NCBI GenBank assembly: GCA_041487215.1
Contig: JBGPMX010000002.1
Span: 1-35,895, forward strand
Reading direction: 5' to 3'
DNA from: Planctomycetia bacterium
GTDB lineage: Bacteria; Planctomycetota; Planctomycetia; JALXBF01; JBGPMX01
DNA: 35,895 bases
Part shown: in pieces, positions 33,312 to 35,895 of the stretch
How the letters are laid out: the number at the start of each line of letters is the position of its first letter
Numbering within the stretch: the stretch's first letter is position 1
Position numbers and translations under genes: made by a program
The notes under the pieces: generated by a model
The model's input: only the letters and a program-made list of their open reading frames with translations
Told to the model about the DNA's origin: nothing
Database searches by the model: none

Positions 33312-34625
33312 TCAGCGCGTGCGGCGTCGGCCGCCCCCCCGTTTCGCGCGGCGCGGCGCGGGTCGCGGCCGTCGGCCGGCTCGTGCCGGCACGCCCCACA
33401 CCACCGCGCCGGCCGGCACGTCGTGGTTCTTGGTCACGACCGCTCCCGCCCCCACCGTGGCCTGCGGCCCGACGCTCACGGGCGCCACCAGGACCGAGCC
33501 GGCGCCGATCGTCGCCGACGCGCCGATCGTTGTCCGCTGCTTGGCGACGCCGTCGAAATTCGCCGTGATGGCACCGGCGCCGATCGTCGCGTGGGCGCCG
33601 ACGTCGGCGTCCCCCAGGTAGGCCAGGTGGCGCGCGATCGCCGCCTCCCCCAGGTGCGCGCGGTTCAGCTCCACGAACGCGCCGACCTCCGCCCCCGCAT
33701 CCAACTGCGTGCCCGGTCGAATGTGGGCGAACGGGCCGATGCGGCAACGCGGGCCGATCTGTACCGGCCCATGGATGTATGTGAACGGCAGGATCACCGT
33801 GTCCGGGCCAATCGTGGCTCGGGCATCAATGAACGTGCTGCGCGGGTCGATGATCGTCACGCCGTCGGTCATCAGGCGCTCCTGAATGCGCCGCTGCAGC
33901 AGCGCGTGCGCCTCGGCCAGCTGCGCCCGGCTGTTCACGCCGAACGACTCTTCCGCGCTCAGCACCGCCAGGGCCAGCACCTTCTTGCCCTCGCCCTTGA
34001 CGACGCCCGGACAGTCCGTGAGGTAGAACTGCTGCTGGGCGTTGTTCGGCCGGATCTTGCCCAGGGCATCGAGCAAGGCCGCGGTGTCGAACACATAGTA
34101 GCTCGGGTTGATCTCGCGCACCTGACGCTCGTCGTCCGTCGCATCCTTCTCCTCGACGATACGCTGGAAGCCCCCGTGCTCGTCGCGCAACACGCGCCCG
34201 AATCCGAACGGCTGCTCGACCACGGCCGTGCCCAGCACGCAGGCGGCGCGCTCGGCGCGCCATGCATCGACCAGGCCGGCCAGCGAGGCGCCGCGCACGA
34301 GCGGCGCGTCGCCGGTCAGGATGAGCACGGGTCCTTTCCGGCCGGCCAGGGCGCCGCGGCACACCTCGACGGCGTGCCCCGTCCCGAGCTGCCTGTCCTG
34401 GACGACGAACTCCAGGTCCGGCAGGTCCCCGAGCGCCGCCCGCACGCGATCCGCCGCGTGGCCCACGACCACCAGGATCCGTTTTGCGCCCGCCTCGCGC
34501 GCCGCGTCGAGCACGTACTCGATCATCGGCCGGCCGCACAGCTCGTGCAGCACCTTCGGCAACTCTGATTTCATCCGTTCGCCCTTGCCTGCGGCAAGGA
34601 CGATGGCGGTGAGGGGATGGGGCAC
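33312..34625 (-). CDS. glmU: Bifunctional UDP-N-acetylglucosamine diphosphorylase / glucosamine-1-phosphate N-acetyltransferase
   Basis: GTG start at 34625. AIVLAAGKGERMKSELPKVLHELCGRPMIEYV is the LxxGxGTRM-type motif. The C-terminus has left-handed beta-helix hexapeptide repeats (IGPFAHIRPGTQL..., IGAGAITANFDG..., IGAGSVLVAPV). glmU-prs adjacency is a common conserved arrangement. Confidence 0.95.
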   Translation of the reverse strand: MPHPLTAIVLAAGKGERMKSELPKVLHELCGRPMIEYVLDAAREAGAKRILVVVGHAADRVRAALGDLPDLEFVVQDRQLGTGHAVEVCRGALAGRKGPVLILTGDAPLVRGASLAGLVDAWRAERAACVLGTAVVEQPFGFGRVLRDEHGGFQRIVEEKDATDDERQVREINPSYYVFDTAALLDALGKIRPNNAQQQFYLTDCPGVVKGEGKKVLALAVLSAEESFGVNSRAQLAEAHALLQRRIQERLMTDGVTIIDPRSTFIDARATIGPDTVILPFTYIHGPVQIGPRCRIGPFAHIRPGTQLDAGAEVGAFVELNRAHLGEAAIARHLAYLGDADVGAHATIGAGAITANFDGVAKQRTTIGASATIGAGSVLVAPVSVGPQATVGAGAVVTKNHDVPAGAVVWGVPARAGRRPRPAPRRAKRGGGRRRTR

Positions 34626-34765
34626 CGGGCACCCGTAGTGAGAATGAAGGACGCATCGACGACATTACCTACCGGGAAGGTTGATTCTATCCGCGCGTGG
34701 CCGCGGCGGCGACTACCTGGCATGCGCGGCGGCTCGACGGTCCGCTCGGTTCTGTTCGACGCGTT

Positions 34766-34878
34766 CAGTTTAACCCGAGCCCCATCGGGGCCGGCGCTGG
34801 AGTGTTGAGTCACGAGCCCATAAGAGTGGGCCAGTCGCACGGTTCGACGCCGGCCCCGATGGGGCTCGGGTTAAACTG
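34766..34878. repeat. 113-nt element with 31-bp perfect terminal inverted repeats (GTTTAACC-type ends)
   Basis: CAGTTTAACCCGAGCCCCATCGGGGCCGGCG (34766-34796) is the exact reverse complement of 34848-34878. The 51-nt centre contains a small hairpin, GCCCATAAGAGTGGGC. It lies in the divergent spacer between glmU and the downstream membrane-protein gene. Confidence 0.9.
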
Positions 34879-34916
34879 GCACAAGAGGACGCCGGGCTGC
34901 GTGCCCGGAGGACACC

Positions 34917-35501
34917 ATGCCCCGAAACACGCAGCGCGATCGGCTGCCGCGGAGCCTGGTCTGGCACGTGCTGGCGAACTGGCTGCCCAGGCCGACTGCC
35001 CTGCGGTCGAGCACGCTGAAGAGCGCGGCGATCGACGCCGGCTGCCTGGCGGCGGCGCTGGCGGGAGCCATCGCCTTTTTGCATCCGGATGATTGGTTGG
35101 CGGCCGGCGCTCCCGGTCTCAAGAAAGCGATCCCGGTTGCCTGCGCCGTGGCCCACGCGGTCGCCGCGTGGGGCTTCTACCGCTGGCTCGTGGGCCTCGC
35201 CCTGGGCGAGAGCCTTGCTTGTACTCATCCCGGCGCGCTGGCGTGGTGGCTCACCGGCGGGGTCTGGCTGACGGCGCTGGCGGCGGACCAGGCGATCGAG
35301 CTCAACAGCGCGGAGAGCGCGGCAGTCTTCCGGCTCACGGGGCTCGCCAGCATCTTGCTCTTTCCGTTTGTCCTGATGCTGCTCCTAAGCTGCCTGGTCC
35401 GCCGCGAGCGTGCGCGATCGAACTGGCGGACGTGGCTGGGCTTTGCGGTCGGCTGCACGATGCCGCTCGCCAGCGTGGCAGCCCTTGGGACACGGCTTTG
35501 A
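34917..35501 (+). CDS. Hypothetical integral membrane protein
   Basis: 194-aa ORF with an ATG start, high GC3 and four to five hydrophobic segments (AGCLAAALAGAIAFL, AIPVACAVAHAVAAWGFY, ALAWWLTGGVWLTALAA, LASILLFPFVLMLLLSCL, LGFAVGCTMPLASVAAL). No recognisable family. Confidence 0.5.
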   Translation: MPRNTQRDRLPRSLVWHVLANWLPRPTALRSSTLKSAAIDAGCLAAALAGAIAFLHPDDWLAAGAPGLKKAIPVACAVAHAVAAWGFYRWLVGLALGESLACTHPGALAWWLTGGVWLTALAADQAIELNSAESAAVFRLTGLASILLFPFVLMLLLSCLVRRERARSNWRTWLGFAVGCTMPLASVAALGTRL

Positions 35502-35519
35502 TCGTGCGGGGGGAGAGAA

Positions 35520-35617
35520 GCCAGGAGCCAGGAGGCAGGAGGCAGGAAACAGGGGACAGGGGACAGGAAGCAGGAGGCAGGAAACAGGGGACAGGGGACA
35601 GGGGACAGGAGGCAGGC
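35520..35617 (+). repeat. Heptanucleotide tandem repeat, about 14 units of RNCAGGR
   Basis: GCCAGGA GCCAGGA GGCAGGA GGCAGGA AACAGGG GACAGGG GACAGGA AGCAGGA GGCAGGA AACAGGG GACAGGG GACAGGG GACAGGA GGCAGGC. It begins 19 nt after the stop of the membrane-protein gene. Confidence 0.9.
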
Positions 35618-35623
35618 AAGGTT

Positions 35624-35884
35624 GTCATCCTGAGCGCAGCGAGGTACGAGCGCAGTGAAGGATCTGGAGTGTAGTCATCACGCTCCGCGTGATGCAGCAC
35701 GTCACGCGGAGCGTGACGGCCACTCTGAGAGCGGAGCGAGGCACGAGCGGAGCGAAGGATCTCGGTGCGTCCCCAGGGCGCGGTCCCCTCGCCCCCGTAC
35801 CCATGGATCATGCGGGGGAGAGGGGACCGTGTGAGGAGGCAGCTTGTCATCCTGAGTCGGCGAGGAACGAGCAGCGAAGGATCT
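35624..35884 (+). repeat. Cluster of three family A repeat copies with interleaved palindromes
   Basis: Family A copies at 35624-35664, 35721-35761 (5'-degenerate) and 35846-35884. A 15-bp inverted repeat, TCACGCTCCGCGTGA (35678-35692) / TCACGCGGAGCGTGA (35702-35716), lies between them. An imperfect hairpin, GGTCCCCTCGCCCCCG...CGGGGGAGAGGGGACC, sits at about 35782-35828. Confidence 0.85.
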
Positions 35885-35895
35885 GCAGTGTAGTC

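Noticed and set aside
33312-33390. Arg-rich C-terminal tail of GlmU (ARAGRRPRPAPRRAKRGGGRRRTR) as a possible novel extension or frameshift product.
   Set aside because: GlmU proteins commonly end in a short basic segment after the beta-helix. The total length (437 aa) is normal and the frame is continuous, so there is no evidence of anything unusual.
1-35895. Prophage, integrative element or genomic island signatures.
   Set aside because: I found no integrase, transposase, recombinase, phage structural gene or tRNA attachment site. I saw no obvious compositional break. The repeats are short non-autonomous elements without coding capacity.

Overview
High-GC bacterial chromosomal segment, roughly two-thirds G+C by eye. 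I call 22 intact protein-coding genes plus one interrupted gene. I found no rRNA, tRNA, CRISPR array, transposase, integrase or phage genes. The gene content suggests a Planctomycetota-like organism, which is inference only: a DUF1080 protein, a PQQ-type beta-propeller with a DDWPQWLGP N-terminus, many secreted hydrolases and weak Shine-Dalgarno usage. Housekeeping genes: argG (12118-13419, +) and a minus-strand run of glmU, prs, an asnB-type asparagine synthase and a metallophosphoesterase (29436-34625). Accessory genes: a partial HlyD-family adaptor with a C-terminal EF-hand (missing from the ORF track because it runs off the left edge), a TPR protein, a secreted PHP/CehA-like metallohydrolase, a large secreted alpha/beta hydrolase, a DUF1080 / beta-helix / SDR cluster, a D-threonine-aldolase-family PLP enzyme, a clan GH-A-like hydrolase, a YkgJ/FliB-like Cys-cluster protein, a beta-propeller/di-haem peroxidase-like protein and a DapA-family lyase. 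Observations most worth a second look: (1) a stand-alone CHAT (caspase-fold) protease fused to an M17-aminopeptidase-N-terminal (macro-fold)-like domain, flanked by long repeat-laden intergenic regions; (2) an Ftr/P19-type iron-uptake operon in which the cupredoxin and the FTR1 permease are one polypeptide, driven by a perfect TTGACA-18-TATAAT promoter followed by a 7-3-7 palindrome; (3) an SDR gene split by a single in-frame TAG; (4) at least five families of short palindromic or interspersed repeats that occupy nearly every intergenic region and inflate several 'longest ORFs'. Many long alternate-frame and antisense ORFs in the track are high-GC artefacts and were rejected. All functional calls rest on motif recognition by eye. 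No database search was possible.
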